A program made the translations under genes and the position numbers. A stretch of DNA of 63,109 nt, filler included, from Octopus bimaculoides (taxonomy: Eukaryota), in assembly GCF_001194135.2 (NCBI RefSeq). It is 4 parts of 4 records of this genome, joined end to end, with 100 filler letters (N's around TTAATTAATTAA, not from the genome) between each part and the next. Parts side by side here need not be neighbours in the genome. Positions count along the whole stretch, not along the records: positions 60,250 to 63,109 come from NW_026374990.1; 3 more parts are not named here. One strand, given 5' to 3'. Shown in pieces: positions 61,045-63,109 of the stretch. Each line of letters starts with the position of its first letter. Position 1 is the stretch's first letter. The notes under the pieces are model-generated. The model was given only the letters and a program-made list of their open reading frames with translations. It had not been told where the DNA came from and did no database searches.

Positions 61045-63109
61045 ATGAATTCTGCCAAATGCGAGCTTTCTTTTCAGGTACATGACACTGCTGTCCCCTG
61101 TCCCAGGGTTTCACAGGCCCATACCTCCCACACCCTCAAGGTTGGCACTCTCAGCGTCGGCACACTGAAAGGTAGGTCTGGTGAGGTTCTTGAGATGCTT
61201 GAACAACGGAGGTTGTTGAGATGCTTGTATCAATATCTGCTGCCTCCAAGAAGTAAGGTGAAGAAGAGGTTCCGCTAGGTTCCTCACAGGCAAAGAACAC
61301 AGGTACAAGATTTTCTGGGCAGGGAGCACAGATGGGTCAGGGGCATGGGTATACTTCTTGTGGTGAAATGGATGGATAAGGTAATCGAGGTAGTCAGAGT
61401 ATGCGATAGAATACTTAAGATTCGAATAGCGCTTCATCATGGGTTGGCAACCATTATCTCGGCCTATGCCCCTCAGCCGGGGCTACCCTATGGACAGAAA
61501 GACTGATATTATGACACCCTCTTGCAGACTACCTCATTAACGAATGACAGGGACCTTCTCTTTGTGGCTGGTGACTTCAATGGACATGTTGGACAACATA
61601 CAAGGGGCATCCATGGCATACATGGAGGCTATGGTTTTGGTTCCCGCAATGAGGAGGGAACTAGGCTGCTGGAGTACTGCAATGCAAATGACCTTATGGT
61701 TTGCAATACTAACTTCAGGAAACCTGCCAGTCACCTAGTCACCTACTGTTATGGCAGACACACCAGCCAAATTGACTATATCCTCACCAGAAAAAGAGAA
61801 AGATGGCTGCTTATAAATGCTAAAACCTTCCCAGGCAAAGAATGTACTCCACAACATAGACTGGTAGTTAGTGACTTCAGGATCAGGGCTAAGTGGATGC
61901 CCAGAAGACGACCAGCATGGAGGAGAGGGTCTGGAAGCTCAAAGATCCTGCAAATGGACAGAGATTTAGAGACTTATTACTCGAAGCTTTCGACGAAATA
62001 GAGGGGGATATAGCTTCACACAATGTAGAAGACAACTGGAGGTTTCTACCGGACAACTTGCTCAGGGCCACTGACCAGATCTGTGGATGGTGTAAAGTCC
62101 CTTCTCGACCCAAAATAACGTGGTGGTGGAACATTGTTGTTGACAGGGCTATTAGACAAAAGAAACAGGCTTGGAAGGTCTGGAAGAACGGTGGTAGCAG
62201 GGAATTGTATCAGACTGCCAGAAGGGAAGCTAGGCGACAGGTTTATTTAGCCAGAGGGGAAGCAGATAAGAAAAAATTTGCCAATGTTCTGCGCTGTGAG
62301 GACCAAAGACTTGAGGTATTTTGTGTTGCAAGACAGTGTGTGAGAGAGAATCGTGATGTCGTGGGAGAGAAATGTGTTCACATGGATGATGGTACGCTTA
62401 CACTAACCGAGGCTGCAAAGAAAGAGGTTTGGAGACGCCACTACAAAAGATTGCTCAATAAAGAGAATGAATGGGAGAAAGAGAGTCTGCCGAATGTTGA
62501 CCCAACAGAGGAACCAGCTATCCTAATTGACAGTACCTTGGTAGATAAAGCGATCAAGAGCATGGAGACAGGAAACCCCTGGCCCATCAGGAATCACTGC
62601 ATAGATGCTCAAAATATCTGGCAGTGTCAGCTATAGCCTAGTCACCTGTATTGTTAACCAGGTGATACATGAAGGAGTCATACCCAATGACTGGTGTAGC
62701 AGCACCATAGTCAACTGCTACAAAGGTAAAGGTGATGCTTTAGATACAAATAATTACAGAGGTATCAAGTTGTTGGATCAGGTAGTGAAAGTCACAGAGG
62801 GTCATAGCCCAACTAATTAGTGAGCGAGTCAGTTTAGATGAGATGCAGTTTGGATTCGTGCCAAGGAAAAGCACCACTGATGCTATATTTCTGGTAAGAC
62901 AGCTGCAGAAGAAATACCTAATCAAGGATAAACTTCTGTACCTGGCTTTCGTTGACATGGAGAAAGCCTTTGACAGGGTCCCCCAATCCCTTATATGGTG
63001 GTCAATGAGGAAATTTGGGATAGAAGAATGGTTAGTGAGAGCCATGTACAGAGACGCTCTCAGTAAGGTGAGGGTTGGCAATGAGTACAGGGAAGAATTC
63101 CGGGTAGAG
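61045..63109 (+). mobile_element. RTE-clade LINE, degenerate ORF (APE endonuclease and start of reverse transcriptase), running off the window
   Basis: TLKVGTLSVGTLKGRSGE, SAYAPQ, GDFNGHVG, NTNFRKP, SQIDYIL, NYRGIKLL, and QFGFVPRKSTTDAIF...FVDMEKAFDRVP; several frameshifts and stops. Confidence 0.95.

Noticed and set aside
61045-63109. Intact, active RTE element or a host endonuclease gene
   Set aside because: Multiple frameshifts and stops split the ORF across frames.

Overview
This is an AT-rich, microsatellite-dense eukaryotic window from a draft assembly with many N gaps. The repeat families and composition look like a cephalopod, probably Octopus; that is an inference, not a database match. 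I could not support any host protein-coding exon, rRNA, tRNA gene or CRISPR array. Almost all ORFs in the supplied track are translations of microsatellites, low-complexity DNA, N gaps or decayed transposons. The window is a layered collection of dead mobile elements: three tRNA-derived SINE families, many RTE-type 3' tails, a degenerate RTE LINE (61045 to the window end), R4/Dong-like, CR1-like and Penelope-like retroelement fragments, a broken Tol2-like hAT transposase, an internally deleted mariner, and hAT, piggyBac-like and Tc1 MITEs. Three artificial 100-nt spacers (44 N + TTAATTAATTAA + 44 N) show that the window joins four separately assembled scaffolds. The most interesting signals are: (1) four minimal hammerhead-ribozyme-like folds, at least one clearly in a Penelope terminal repeat; (2) a foldback MITE with a 37-bp perfect TIR, an 8-bp TSD, mirrored CCAAT boxes and an outward-facing telomeric-repeat palindrome; (3) a roughly 245-bp GC-rich, foreign-looking fragment at a scaffold end; (4) a hairpin-unit VNTR in the RTE 3' UTR. 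I found no clearly new multi-gene system. SINE and LINE fragment boundaries are approximate (about +/-20 bp); TIR and TSD coordinates were read directly.
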